Below are positions 1-10,015 of a stretch of 36,687 nucleotides of DNA, piece by piece (position 1 is the first letter of the stretch; every line of letters starts with the position of its first letter). The DNA is from an uncultured Marinilabiliales bacterium (GTDB lineage: Bacteria; Bacteroidota; Bacteroidia; Bacteroidales; BM520): assembly GCA_937877575.1 (NCBI GenBank), contig CALFIZ010000055.1, positions 1 through 36,687 of the forward strand, written 5' to 3'. A model generated the notes under the pieces. That model worked only from the letters and a program-made list of their open reading frames with translations, was not told where the DNA came from and ran no database searches. The position numbers were made by a program, and so were the translations under genes.

Positions 1-1
1 G

Positions 2-3000
2 GTGTTGGCCGTGGCATACCAATACACCGTCAACGGTGAGGTCTATCAGGTCGGTGAATTCTCAGACGGCGGCATCAACAGTCCGCAGAACCTCATCGTC
101 AAACTGTTGCGTCCCACTTCGGTAAACACCAAAAGTCCTCTGTGGAACCTGATGATGAAGAACGTCTATTCGTTGGGGGCCTACCAGCTTTCATCCGAGG
201 ATTTCGTTCTCAACATCCTTTATTCGGGCAATGACAACGGTGTGGCTTCAGGTTACTTCAACGAAGGACCTGACAGCATCAAAGGTGTGCCTCTGTTGCA
301 TCTTCTGAATCTCGACACCCTCGACTCACAGCTCAATCCTATCGAAGGCGGTGACGGTCTGTTCGATTTCATCGGCAGTGCCGCAACATCAGGAGGTACC
401 ATTCAGACCAACAACGGCAGGGTGTTCTTCCCTGTTCTGGAACCTTTCGGCTCACACCTGCACAAGATACTGCCCGAATCAATGGCTAAGCGGTACGCTT
501 TCGATTCTCTTTACACCAATACCAAGACGGTGGCCAAACAGATGACGGAGAAGGACAAATTCCTGCTCTCCGGCTACTATTCGTCATCAGGAGGCTCACA
601 GATAAACCTTAACACATACAATATAGCCCAAGGCTCCGTTGTGGTAAAGGCCGGCGGCATGACATTGACTGAAAACGTGGATTACACCGTGGACTATACA
701 TTCGGTACCGTAACGATTCTCAATGAGGGAATCCTTAATTCGGGAACTACAGTGCAATGTTCCGTTGAAAGCGAAAACACCACCGGCTATGAAAACACCC
801 AGCATCTGATGGGCGTGAGAGCCGATTACCTTGCAAATCCTAACCTAAATGTCGGTGCCACAATGCTTTACCTGCACGAGGTCCCCATATCCACTAAGGT
901 CAGTTACGGCGATGAGGCCATTTCAAATATGATTTGGGGCATGGACCTCACTTATCATAAGGAGGCTCCTTTTATTACAAGAATGGTTGACGCTCTTCCT
1001 CTGATAAGCACCAAGGCAACTTCAACTATGAATTTCAGTGGCGAGTTCGCCGAGTTTATTCCGGGCCATCCGAGAGTAACAGGCTCTTCCGGAACCTCTT
1101 ATCTTGATGACTTCGAATCGGCAAAACAGACAATCGACATTTCCACGCAGTCATATTGGTTCCTGTCTTCTGTCCCAAGCTATTTCCCTGAATTTAACAG
1201 CAGCGACAGGTCTTCGGGCTACAGACGTGCAAAAATGGCGTGGTATGTCATTGACCCTCTGTTCTATAGCACCGGAAGCTCCTATATCCCGCCTAATGTC
1301 ACCAAGGATGAGCTTTCCAACCATCTCGTCAGAATGGTCAAGGAAACCGAACTCTTCCCGAAGTCGGAATCGAGCAACAACGTGCCTGTCAACCTCACGG
1401 TCTTCAACGTGGCTTTCTATCCTGATGAAAGAGGCCCTTACAACTATAATGTTGACGGCTTGAAATCAGATGGTACTCTTGAAAACCCGGAGAACAATTG
1501 GGGCGGTATCATGAGAAGGATGGAAACTACTGACTTTCAGGCAAATAATATTGAATATATTGAGTTCTGGCTGATGGATCCGTTCATCGACCCGGACGGT
1601 GACGGCCCTCTGGAACCTTATAATACCACAGGAGGCAAACTGGTGTTTAACCTTGGTGAGATTTCGGAGGATATCCTCAAGGACGGAAAGAAGAGCTTTG
1701 AGCACGGACTCCCTATAAGTGACGAAGTCACCAACGTTGACACCACAGTCTGGGGTAGGGTGCCCACCAAACAGGCATTGGTCACGACTTTTGATTCGGA
1801 TTACAGGTCCCGTCCTTATCAGGATATAGGTTATGACGGACTGAACAGTACCCGTGAGGGCAATCAGGGAATAAACTCCGATGAGTACAGTTTCTTCAAA
1901 GAATCATACATAGACAGGATATTGGATAAATTCGGGGAGGCGTCACAGGCATACGTCAACGCCGTGAATGACCCTTCAGCCGACGACTTCCACTATTTCA
2001 GAGGTTCCGACTATGACGAGGATGACCGTTACTCAAGTATCTTGGAACGTTATAAAAACTACAACGGACCGGAAGGCAACTCCTGCGCCCAGGAACTCTC
2101 CACCGAAACTTATTCCACCTGTGCCACCACGATTCCTAACATGGAGGACATCAACAACGACAATACCCTCAACCAGACCGAAAAATTCTACGAATACATT
2201 ATTAATTTAAGTCCTGATGAAATGGAGGTCGGTAAAAACTATATCACTGAAGTTTATACCGCCAACAATATAACTCTTACCAACGGTGACCGTGCCTCGG
2301 TAAAATGGTATCAGTTTAAAATTCCTGTAAATCAACCTGACAGAAATGTAGGCCAAATGACTGACTTCACTTCAATCCGCTTTATGAGGATGCTACTTTC
2401 GGATTTTTCGGAACATGTGGTTTTGAGATTCTGTGAGTTTAAGCTTGTCAAAGGTGACTGGAGAAGATACACTAACGAATTGCTCTATCCGGGCGAATAT
2501 ATTGTTGACGAGTCTGTCAGTCAGACCCAGTTCGATGTCGCTTCCGTAAGTCTTGAGGAAAACGGCAGCGATTATGAGATTGTGCCTTACGTTCTCCCTC
2601 CGGGAATTATACGTGAAAGAGACTATTCGACCACCAATCAGGCACAACAGGATGAAACATCACTCTCAATATCTGTCAGTAACCTTGTTGACGGTGATGC
2701 CCGCGGCGCTTATAAAAACTGCCAGTTCGATTTCAGAAACTATAAGAACCTGCAGCTTTATGTTCATGCCCATGCCGCCACATCTGAAGGGAATGCAAAA
2801 CTCACTTCCCTTCCTGACGGTCAGGTCACTTTGTTCATCCGTATAGGTTCCGACTTCACGGAGAACTACTATGAATATGAAGTTCCCCTTAAGATAACCC
2901 CTTGGCGTACAGCCACTTCCAATTCAGACCTTATCTGGCCGGAAGAAAATCAGATTAATATTTCCTTTGCCAACCTCGTTGCAGTGAAGAATGAAAGAAA

Positions 3001-5884
3001 GGAGCTGATGATGGAAGAGGGCTCGAATATCTCGACGGCGTTGCCTTTCTCGCGGCAGGACCCCGACAATCTGAAAAACAGGATTACGATTCTCGGTACG
3101 CCTACCACCAGCGATGTGGAGGCCATCATGATCGGTATCAGAAACCCGAAACGGACCGTTTATTCGACAAGTGATGACGGAGAGCCGATATCCGTTGTCA
3201 CATGGGTTGACGAGTTGCGTCTGACCAACTTCAACGAAGATGCCGGATGGGCTGCAACAGCAAACTTCTCGACCACTCTTGCCGATTTGGGTAACATTGC
3301 AGTGTCGGGCTTATACACTACCCCCGGCTTCGGCGGAATAGCCACTTCCGTCAGCGAACGTTCGCAGGAAACAACTTCCAACATCTACACTTCACTTAAT
3401 CTCGAACTCGGCAAATTCATGCCTCAGGACTGGGGTGTCCATATCCCTGTACACGTTGACTTTTCAAATGAAGTGGAAACCCCTGAGTACGACCCGCTTG
3501 ATCCGGACGTATATCTCAACGACAGGCTTGCAGTTCTCAAAGGTGATGATAAAAAGGCGTATAAGAACAAGACTCAGGACATAGTACAGAAAACAAATAT
3601 CAACTTGGTGAATGTCAGAAAGGACAGGACTGCCAAAGATACGAGCAAACCTCATTTCTGGGATTTGGAGAATTTTGATGTGACCTATTCATATTCGAAG
3701 GTCCATGAAAGTGATATTGATATTGAAAACTATAACAAGATAGTCCATACTGCGGCATTGGGCTATACCTATAACGCCGAGCCGAAGAATGTCAAGCCGT
3801 TCGAAAAGGTCAAATTCATGAAGGGGAAATGGTTTTCCTTAATTAGGGATTTCAACTTCTATTATGCCCCCAAGACATTTACATTCAGAACAACAACAGA
3901 TAAAAACTATACTGAGCGACTGCTCAGAAACAAGACTGACGATGATGTGATTATGAAGCCTTCCGTTTCACGTCTGTGGAATTGGAACAGAATATACACT
4001 CTCAAATATGACATTGCCTCATCGCTGAAGTTTGACTATGCTGCAACGGCAAACTCTTACATTGACGAGCCTTCAGGTATTCTCACCGATCCTGTTTTCT
4101 ACAGGCAGCAGGTGTGGTCTTCCATCAAGAGTTTGGGAAGGCTGAACACATTCAACCAGACTTTCAGTCTCAACTGGACGGTGCCTATCAGCAAAATTCC
4201 GCTTCTGTCATGGGTATCCATGACGGCGAAGTACGATGGTACGGTCAATTGGACAGCATCGGCAGCTTCTATTCAGGACAGAATGGGTAATACCATCCAA
4301 AACTCCTCTAATGTGAACATTACGTCAACTATGAGGATATCGAAGTTATATGAATATATCCCTTACGTGAATAAAGTCGTAAAGACGGGTGGAAACCGCA
4401 GTCGTCAGACACAGCAGAAGCAGAAACAGGTCAAGCAGGAAGCTGATACCGTAAAACACAATAACCTCAATATAGCCAAAACATTGGGTGACGGTGCGTT
4501 GAAAATCATTTTCGGTTTGAAGGACGTCAACATTTCTTATCAGAACACTAACGGTGTGGTTCTCCCTGGGTATACTCCGGAGCCTGACAATTTCGGCTAT
4601 ACATGGTCGAAGAAGGCACCTACCTTCGGATTCCTCGTCGGCAGCCAAAAGGACATCAGGCCTGTTGCAGTTGCGAACGGATGGCTGACTACCGATACCG
4701 TCAATAATAACCAGTACAGCCAGAATGTGACCAGAAACATCACTTATCGCGGCAATTATGAGCCATTCCCCAACTTCAAGATTGAAATAACCGGTAATTA
4801 TCGGGAAACCAGTTCGCAATCGGAGATTTATAAGGCCGATGCTCAGGGTGAGTTCCATCACTATTCACCGGTTAACACAGGCAGTTACCAGGTGTCATAC
4901 CTGATGATAAGTTCTGCTTTCGGCAGAAAACGGGGTGGAGACGGCAGCGATGAATTCTCACGTTTCTTCGAATTGTTGAAGAATTACAGGGAAACCGTAG
5001 CCTTGAGATACGCCCAGCAGAATCCTAACTGGAACGGTACTATGGTTTACGACACCATTGCAAACGGTAATTTTCCTTCCGGTTATGGCGCTGTGCAGCA
5101 GGAAGTCGTAACTTCCGCATTCCTCGCCGCATACGGCGGGACTGACCCTGGCAAGATTAAGCTGACGTCATTCCCGGCAATACCCCTGCCAAACTGGAAT
5201 TTCACATACAACGGACTCTCCAAGCTTCCTATGTTCAAGGATATTTTCAGAAATGTGGCTTTGAAACACCAGTATAAATGTACATATAATGTAGCCAACT
5301 TCGGTAACAACCTGTATTACATGTCAAATGAAGGCTTCCCTTCAGCTCTCAACAATGCCGGCAACTTCATCCCTGAATATGAAATCGCAAACATTCAGAT
5401 TTCAGAACAGTTCTCACCTCTCATCGGTATCGATGTTACCATGAAAAACAGTCTGACTGCAAGTTTCCAGTTCAAGAAATCTCGTACCCTGAATCTGAGC
5501 TTCACCAACAACCAGCTGACGGATAACTCTACAAATGAGTATGTTATAGGTCTGGGCTATCGTTTCAAGGATGTGAAATTCTCCATCAGGTCAGTGACAG
5601 GCACAGGTAAGATCACTAACCTTAAGAGTGACATTAACGTCAAGTTCGATTTCAGCATGAAGGACAATATAACGGTTCTCAGACGTATTGATGAAGGGAT
5701 AAACGACATTTCTGCCGGACAGAAGATTTATTCCATCAATGTAACTGCTGACTATCAGATCTCCAGAAACTTAACATTAGCGTATTATTACAATCAGGCC
5801 ATCAACAGACCTTATTTGAGCAGTTCGGTGAAGAACTCCACATTAAGTACCGGAATCACAGTAAAATTCTCTTTGGCACAATAA
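2..5884 (+). CDS. sprA: T9SS translocon / cell-surface protein SprA (Sov family); 5' end lies outside the window, C-terminal 1960 aa present
   Basis: One uninterrupted 5.9-kb ORF runs in from the window edge. Composition is beta-rich and Asn/Thr/Tyr/Gly-rich, as in outer-membrane proteins. It has stretches I recognise from the SprA family (NMEDINNDNTLNQTEKFYEY, IGYDGLN) and a C-terminal beta-strand ending TGITVKFSLAQ. The very large size fits the ~2400-aa SprA. The 'start' at 2 is only the frame entry. Confidence 0.85.
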   Translation: MLAVAYQYTVNGEVYQVGEFSDGGINSPQNLIVKLLRPTSVNTKSPLWNLMMKNVYSLGAYQLSSEDFVLNILYSGNDNGVASGYFNEGPDSIKGVPLLHLLNLDTLDSQLNPIEGGDGLFDFIGSAATSGGTIQTNNGRVFFPVLEPFGSHLHKILPESMAKRYAFDSLYTNTKTVAKQMTEKDKFLLSGYYSSSGGSQINLNTYNIAQGSVVVKAGGMTLTENVDYTVDYTFGTVTILNEGILNSGTTVQCSVESENTTGYENTQHLMGVRADYLANPNLNVGATMLYLHEVPISTKVSYGDEAISNMIWGMDLTYHKEAPFITRMVDALPLISTKATSTMNFSGEFAEFIPGHPRVTGSSGTSYLDDFESAKQTIDISTQSYWFLSSVPSYFPEFNSSDRSSGYRRAKMAWYVIDPLFYSTGSSYIPPNVTKDELSNHLVRMVKETELFPKSESSNNVPVNLTVFNVAFYPDERGPYNYNVDGLKSDGTLENPENNWGGIMRRMETTDFQANNIEYIEFWLMDPFIDPDGDGPLEPYNTTGGKLVFNLGEISEDILKDGKKSFEHGLPISDEVTNVDTTVWGRVPTKQALVTTFDSDYRSRPYQDIGYDGLNSTREGNQGINSDEYSFFKESYIDRILDKFGEASQAYVNAVNDPSADDFHYFRGSDYDEDDRYSSILERYKNYNGPEGNSCAQELSTETYSTCATTIPNMEDINNDNTLNQTEKFYEYIINLSPDEMEVGKNYITEVYTANNITLTNGDRASVKWYQFKIPVNQPDRNVGQMTDFTSIRFMRMLLSDFSEHVVLRFCEFKLVKGDWRRYTNELLYPGEYIVDESVSQTQFDVASVSLEENGSDYEIVPYVLPPGIIRERDYSTTNQAQQDETSLSISVSNLVDGDARGAYKNCQFDFRNYKNLQLYVHAHAATSEGNAKLTSLPDGQVTLFIRIGSDFTENYYEYEVPLKITPWRTATSNSDLIWPEENQINISFANLVAVKNERKELMMEEGSNISTALPFSRQDPDNLKNRITILGTPTTSDVEAIMIGIRNPKRTVYSTSDDGEPISVVTWVDELRLTNFNEDAGWAATANFSTTLADLGNIAVSGLYTTPGFGGIATSVSERSQETTSNIYTSLNLELGKFMPQDWGVHIPVHVDFSNEVETPEYDPLDPDVYLNDRLAVLKGDDKKAYKNKTQDIVQKTNINLVNVRKDRTAKDTSKPHFWDLENFDVTYSYSKVHESDIDIENYNKIVHTAALGYTYNAEPKNVKPFEKVKFMKGKWFSLIRDFNFYYAPKTFTFRTTTDKNYTERLLRNKTDDDVIMKPSVSRLWNWNRIYTLKYDIASSLKFDYAATANSYIDEPSGILTDPVFYRQQVWSSIKSLGRLNTFNQTFSLNWTVPISKIPLLSWVSMTAKYDGTVNWTASAASIQDRMGNTIQNSSNVNITSTMRISKLYEYIPYVNKVVKTGGNRSRQTQQKQKQVKQEADTVKHNNLNIAKTLGDGALKIIFGLKDVNISYQNTNGVVLPGYTPEPDNFGYTWSKKAPTFGFLVGSQKDIRPVAVANGWLTTDTVNNNQYSQNVTRNITYRGNYEPFPNFKIEITGNYRETSSQSEIYKADAQGEFHHYSPVNTGSYQVSYLMISSAFGRKRGGDGSDEFSRFFELLKNYRETVALRYAQQNPNWNGTMVYDTIANGNFPSGYGAVQQEVVTSAFLAAYGGTDPGKIKLTSFPAIPLPNWNFTYNGLSKLPMFKDIFRNVALKHQYKCTYNVANFGNNLYYMSNEGFPSALNNAGNFIPEYEIANIQISEQFSPLIGIDVTMKNSLTASFQFKKSRTLNLSFTNNQLTDNSTNEYVIGLGYRFKDVKFSIRSVTGTGKITNLKSDINVKFDFSMKDNITVLRRIDEGINDISAGQKIYSINVTADYQISRNLTLAYYYNQAINRPYLSSSVKNSTLSTGITVKFSLAQ

Positions 5885-5930
5885 AAAAAATAAATATTTC
5901 ATAAAAACACTTATATATTGAATTAAATGC

Positions 5931-5938
5931 TAAATTTG
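5931..5938 (+). promoter_or_regulatory. Candidate Bacteroidota sigma-A -7 box (TAAATTTG) for gcvH
   Basis: Exact match to the Bacteroidota -7 consensus TAnnTTTG, 26 nt upstream of the gcvH ATG in an AT-rich 80-nt intergenic region. Confidence 0.5.
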
Positions 5939-5964
5939 CAGAAATTTTAATTTTAAAAAAAGAT

Positions 5965-6345
5965 ATGAATATTCCTGAAAATTTAAAGTACACAAAAGAC
6001 CATGAATGGTTGAGAATTGAAGGCGAATTTGCTTTCGTCGGAATTACTGATTATGCTCAAAGTCAATTAGGAGATGTTGCTTTTGTAGATGTTACCACAG
6101 AAGGCGAAACACTCGAAAAGGAAGAGTCCATTGGCACAATTGAGGCTGTAAAGACCGTGTCAGACGTTTTTATGCCAGTATCCGGTGATATTCTCGAATT
6201 GAATCCTGCTTTGGAAGGTGATCCTGCTTTGATTAACAGTGATCCATACGGCGAAGGCTGGATAGTCAAGATAAAAATGACTGATCCGAGCGAAGTCAGT
6301 GATCTTCTCGATGCAAAAGCATACGAAGATTATTTGGGAGAATGA
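5965..6345 (+). CDS. gcvH: Glycine cleavage system H protein (lipoyl carrier)
   Basis: 126 aa with end-to-end GcvH signature: [16 protein letters not shown], lipoyl-lysine motif [12 protein letters not shown], and DPYGEGWI. Confidence 0.95.
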   Translation: MNIPENLKYTKDHEWLRIEGEFAFVGITDYAQSQLGDVAFVDVTTEGETLEKEESIGTIEAVKTVSDVFMPVSGDILELNPALEGDPALINSDPYGEGWIVKIKMTDPSEVSDLLDAKAYEDYLGE

Positions 6346-6379
6346 TTTTTATGACAATCTGAATTAAAAAATAATAATT

Positions 6380-7069
6380 ATGAATAAAAGAAAAACTGAA
6401 AAGACCAACCTTGAAAACAAGCGGCTTCTGTTTATTGAAATAGGTTTGGTTGTTGCGCTGGCAGTGGTTCTTGCTGCTTTTGAATGGAGACAGTATGACA
6501 TTCAGAAGGTGGAAATTGACCAGCGCGAAGACGTGGAAGTCATGGAAGACATCGTCATCCAGACCGAACAGAAGGAGAAGACACCGCCTCCAAAGGCTGT
6601 CCAGACCTCCACTACTATCCTTAATGTTGTTAAGAATGATATTGAAATCGAGAATGAAATCATCATCGATGTTGAGACTGATGAAGACATGGAAATCGAA
6701 GAATATATTCCTATAGAAGTTGAGGAAGAAGAAGTTGAAGAACAGGAAATATTCATGATTGTTGAAAATCAGCCTGAATTTCCGGGCGGTGAAACGGCTC
6801 TTTACAAGTTTATCCGTGATAATGTCAAATATCCGTCACTGGCTCGTGAAACCGGTATTGAAGGAACCGTGTTCATCCAGTTCGTCGTTGAACCGGATGG
6901 CAGAGTCTCCAATGTCAAGGTTGTCCGTAGCGTAGGCGGCGGCTGCGATGAAGAAGCTGTCAGGGTCGTAAAGGCCATGCCAAAATGGAAACCTGGTTCT
7001 CAGAGAGGTAAAAACGTCAGGGTTTCATTCACCCTTCCTATCAAATTCTCCCTCCAAAAGGCCGGTTGA
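6380..7069 (+). CDS. Energy transducer TonB-family protein
   Basis: N-terminal single TM anchor (LLFIEIGLVVALAVVLAAF), a long acidic E/D-rich linker, and a C-terminal TonB_C-type domain (QPEFPGGETALYKFIRDNVKYPSLARETGIEGTVFIQFVVEPDGRVSNVKVVRS). Confidence 0.8.
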   Translation: MNKRKTEKTNLENKRLLFIEIGLVVALAVVLAAFEWRQYDIQKVEIDQREDVEVMEDIVIQTEQKEKTPPPKAVQTSTTILNVVKNDIEIENEIIIDVETDEDMEIEEYIPIEVEEEEVEEQEIFMIVENQPEFPGGETALYKFIRDNVKYPSLARETGIEGTVFIQFVVEPDGRVSNVKVVRSVGGGCDEEAVRVVKAMPKWKPGSQRGKNVRVSFTLPIKFSLQKAG

Positions 7070-7085
7070 TTTGTCTAAGGTTAAA

Positions 7086-7120
7086 GAAAAAACGCCATGT
7101 GTTTGCATGGCGTTTTTTTT
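7086..7120. terminator. Bidirectional intrinsic terminator between convergent tonB-like and uvrC
   Basis: AAAAAA-CGCCATG-tgtttg-CATGGCG-TTTTTTTT. A 7-bp GC-rich stem (7093-7099 / 7106-7112) with a 6-nt loop, flanked by an A-run on one side and a T8 run on the other. It can therefore terminate both strands. It fills the 53-nt gap between the two stop codons. Confidence 0.8.
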
Positions 7121-7122
7121 AT

Positions 7123-8766
7123 CTATTTAAACTGGCTTTTGCTTCGTTTGTTGCGGTGGTGCGTGATGCCGAAACGGTGCGCCTCATCACGTATCTGTTG
7201 GATAATCTTTAAAGTCTCGCTGTCTTTGCTGAGATATAACGGATATTGGTCTCCCGGAAAATATATTTCTTCAAGTCTCTTGGCAATGCCTATGATGGCA
7301 ACCTTGCCGCGAAGCCCAAGTTCGTCAAGACTTTCCAGAGCTGCACTCAATTGGCCTTTTCCGCCGTCAATTACAATCAGGTCGGGCATTTCGAGGTTCT
7401 CGTTCAAAACACGTGTGTAACGCCTTGTGATGATTTCCCGCATGGATGCAAAGTCATCAGGTCCGACAACGGTTTTGATGTTAAAATGACGGTATTCCTT
7501 TTTCGCCGGTTTGCAGTCGATGAAACACGACATCGATGCAACCGGATTGGTCCCCTGCAGGTTGGAGTTATCGAAGCACTCTATTCTGTGCGGCTCCACC
7601 GACATACGTAAATCTTCCTTCATCTGATTGAGAATGCGTGTCTTATGACGGTCAGGATCTACAAGGTCAAGCTTCTTCTGCCTGTCCATGATGTAATATT
7701 TCAGATTGCGTTCTGAGAGATTCAGGAGCTGTTTCTTGTCACCGGCCTTCGGCACAACGTATTTGGCGCCAGGTATTTCAATTGAAGGCTCAAATGGAAC
7801 GATTATCTCAGTTGCGGTGCTGTGATGCTTTTCGCGCATATCCGCTATCGTCATAAGCAGCATGTCGTCATCGGTTTCATCGAGCACCTTTTTCATCTCT
7901 GTGGTGTGAACCTGAACCACAGCACCTTCCACAATTTTAATGTAGTTGATGAAGGATATTTTGTTGTCGGTGGCTATGGAAAAAACATCGTAATCGTGCA
8001 TCTTGGCACTGAGCACTGTTGACTTGCTCTGATAGTTCCTTATCAGGTCGATTTTTTCCTTCATCTCCTGAGCCTGTTCATACTGCATTGCGTCGGAATA
8101 TTCATACATCCTTGTCTCCAAGTCTTTGAGAACTACAGATATATTACCGGAAATGATATGGCGTACATTGGCGATTGTGGTATTGTACTCTTCTTCGCTT
8201 TGCAGTCCCTGACATGGTCCCTTACACTTTCCCATGTGGTATTTCAGACATAGCTTGACTTTCTGTTTCCTGATGTTTTCGGCAGAAAGGTTTGAGCTGC
8301 AGGAACGCAGGGGATATACTTTTGTGATGAGGTCCAGGACTGTTCTGAGCACCCGTACCGAGGCGTACGGCCCGAAATACTCGGAGCCGTCATCCGTTTT
8401 GTTGCGCGTTTTCACGACACGCGGGAACGGTTCCTTCTTGATGCAAATCCACGGGTAGCTTTTGTCGTCCTTCAGACGGATGTTGTATCGCGGCTGGTAT
8501 TTTTTTATCAGATTGTTTTCAAGAAGCAGCGCATCGACTTCTGAGTTGACGACAATGGTTTTCACATCAGCTATTTTGCTTACGAGAACTTTGGTCTTTC
8601 CCGAAATATCCTTGTCAAAATATTGTGATACACGGCGTTTCAGCACTTTTGCCTTGCCGACATAGATGACAGTCCCCTCCTCGTCAAGATATTGATATAC
8701 TCCGGGGCACTCAGGAAGCAGTTTCAGCGTGTTTGCAAGCCGTTGTTTGTCGTCCTTGAGCAGCAT
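7123..8766 (-). CDS. uvrC: Excinuclease ABC subunit C (UvrC), short form ending just after the endonuclease domain
   Basis: N-terminal GIY-YIG (PGVYQYLDEEGTVIYVGKAKVLKRRVSQYF), a Cys-rich segment, a UVR-type helix (YEQAQEMKEKIDLIRNY), a RNaseH-like C-terminal nuclease region (IECFDNSNLQG, VIDGGKGQL) and EAHRFGITHHRNKRSK. It is only 547 aa. See the finding on the missing (HhH)2 domain. Confidence 0.93.
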   Translation of the reverse strand: MLLKDDKQRLANTLKLLPECPGVYQYLDEEGTVIYVGKAKVLKRRVSQYFDKDISGKTKVLVSKIADVKTIVVNSEVDALLLENNLIKKYQPRYNIRLKDDKSYPWICIKKEPFPRVVKTRNKTDDGSEYFGPYASVRVLRTVLDLITKVYPLRSCSSNLSAENIRKQKVKLCLKYHMGKCKGPCQGLQSEEEYNTTIANVRHIISGNISVVLKDLETRMYEYSDAMQYEQAQEMKEKIDLIRNYQSKSTVLSAKMHDYDVFSIATDNKISFINYIKIVEGAVVQVHTTEMKKVLDETDDDMLLMTIADMREKHHSTATEIIVPFEPSIEIPGAKYVVPKAGDKKQLLNLSERNLKYYIMDRQKKLDLVDPDRHKTRILNQMKEDLRMSVEPHRIECFDNSNLQGTNPVASMSCFIDCKPAKKEYRHFNIKTVVGPDDFASMREIITRRYTRVLNENLEMPDLIVIDGGKGQLSAALESLDELGLRGKVAIIGIAKRLEEIYFPGDQYPLYLSKDSETLKIIQQIRDEAHRFGITHHRNKRSKSQFK

Positions 8767-9818
8767 TATTGGTTGTCTCTGAATGAATCCCAGCCCTGTG
8801 CCTTGATTTCTATGGCCTTGGAGTCATTTGTAATAAGGTATAGTGCTGAGGGATTGTCGGTGATATGCCCTATGAATGAAATCTGAGGTATGTCTTTGAG
8901 TTTCTCATAGTCATCCTGTTTGATGGTGAAGAGCAGTTCATAGTCTTCACCCCCGTTCATTGCGGCAGTGACCGGACTTATTCTGAACTCGTCGGCAGTG
9001 AGCATTGTCTGCGGGTCAATAGGGATTTTGTCCTCATAGATGTTACAGCCTTTGCCGGATTCCTTGCAGATGTGATGGAGTTCCGATGCAAGTCCGTCAG
9101 AGATGTCAATCATGGATGTAGGGACAACGTCCTTTGCACGCAATATGTCAATGATGTCGAATCGGGCTTCGGGTTTGAGAAAACGCTGGATTACATATTC
9201 ATAGCCTGTGAGGTCGGGCTGGAGGTTGGGATTTGCCTCCCATGTTTTCTTTTCCCTTTCGAGGACAAGCAGCCCCATATATGACGCGCCTAAATTGCCG
9301 GAAACGCATATCAGGTCATTGAAGCGGGCACCGCTGCGGTATGCGATCTGATTGAGATTGGCTTCCCCGATAACGGTTATGGAGATGCACAGCCCGCTGA
9401 GACTTGAGGTGGTGTCGCCCCCGATAAGGTCAACTCCATAGTTCTTGCACGCCAAGGCTATGCCATCGTAGATTTCCTGTATGGCCTCAATGCTATAACG
9501 ACTTGATATTGCGATGCTTACCACAATCTGTTTGGGCTTGCCGTTCATCGCATACACATCGGAAAAATTGACCGCCGCCGACTTGTATCCCAAGTGCCTT
9601 AGGGGAGTGTATGACATGTCGAAATGAGTCCCTTCAATCAGCATGTCAGTTGAAATCAGAATCTTCTTGTTGGGGTACGACAATACGGCGCAGTCATCCC
9701 CGATTCCCTTTATGGTGGATGTGTTTGATATTTTGAACGATTCGGTGATTTTGTCTATTAGTTTGAATTCACCGATAGAACTGATATCTGTTTTAGTCTC
9801 CTTATTCTCAAACATCAT
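8766..9818 (-). CDS. thiL: Thiamine-monophosphate kinase
   Basis: ThiL/AIR-synthase-like signature: GEFKLIDKI, GIGDDCAVL, STDMLIEGTHF, LGYKSAAVNFSDVYAMNG, GGDTT. I place the start at the ATGATG at 9818/9815. The track ORF begins at a TTG at 9842, which would sit inside the predicted -7 box. The stop TAA shares one nt with the uvrC ATG at 8766. Confidence 0.9.
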   Translation of the reverse strand: MMFENKETKTDISSIGEFKLIDKITESFKISNTSTIKGIGDDCAVLSYPNKKILISTDMLIEGTHFDMSYTPLRHLGYKSAAVNFSDVYAMNGKPKQIVVSIAISSRYSIEAIQEIYDGIALACKNYGVDLIGGDTTSSLSGLCISITVIGEANLNQIAYRSGARFNDLICVSGNLGASYMGLLVLEREKKTWEANPNLQPDLTGYEYVIQRFLKPEARFDIIDILRAKDVVPTSMIDISDGLASELHHICKESGKGCNIYEDKIPIDPQTMLTADEFRISPVTAAMNGGEDYELLFTIKQDDYEKLKDIPQISFIGHITDNPSALYLITNDSKAIEIKAQGWDSFRDNQ

Positions 9819-9839
9819 TTTTGTTAATTTTTTTCTTTG

Positions 9840-9847
9840 CAAAGGTA
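9840..9847 (-). promoter_or_regulatory. Candidate -7 box (TACCTTTG on minus strand) for thiL-uvrC
   Basis: The plus strand reads CAAAGGTA, which is TACCTTTG on the minus strand and matches TAnnTTTG. It lies 21 nt upstream of the thiL ATG at 9818. Confidence 0.5.
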
Positions 9848-10015
9848 GAAAAAATAACGATATTGATTGAAATTTTGTTTATCTTAGCAATCTGTTCAAC
9901 AATTGGAAGAACTAATTGGAAGTATCGAAAATAAAATGATGTTTAGTGCGTTTATAATATTGATACTTAGGTGGATTCAATTATTGGGTTAATTATGGCA
10001 TCGTTTAACACTTGT

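Noticed and set aside
6450-6756. Two overlapping ORFs (88 aa on the plus strand, 84 aa on the minus strand) over the tonB-like linker
   Set aside because: They are by-products of the GAA/GAT-rich acidic linker coding sequence, and the tonB frame explains the region.
9819-9970. Possible TPP riboswitch upstream of thiL
   Set aside because: The region is AT-rich with no CTGAGA / ACCTGATCTGGATAATGCCAGCG-like core and no GC-rich stems. The predicted leader is only ~15-20 nt.
9971-10015. GTG-initiated extension of the patatin ORF. Similar alternative-start extensions occur at rsmG (17798-17851), dsbD (34774-34812) and thiL (9819-9842).
   Set aside because: In each case an internal ATG gives a canonical signal peptide or family-typical N-terminus. 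For rsmG and thiL the extension would also run through the predicted -7 promoter box.
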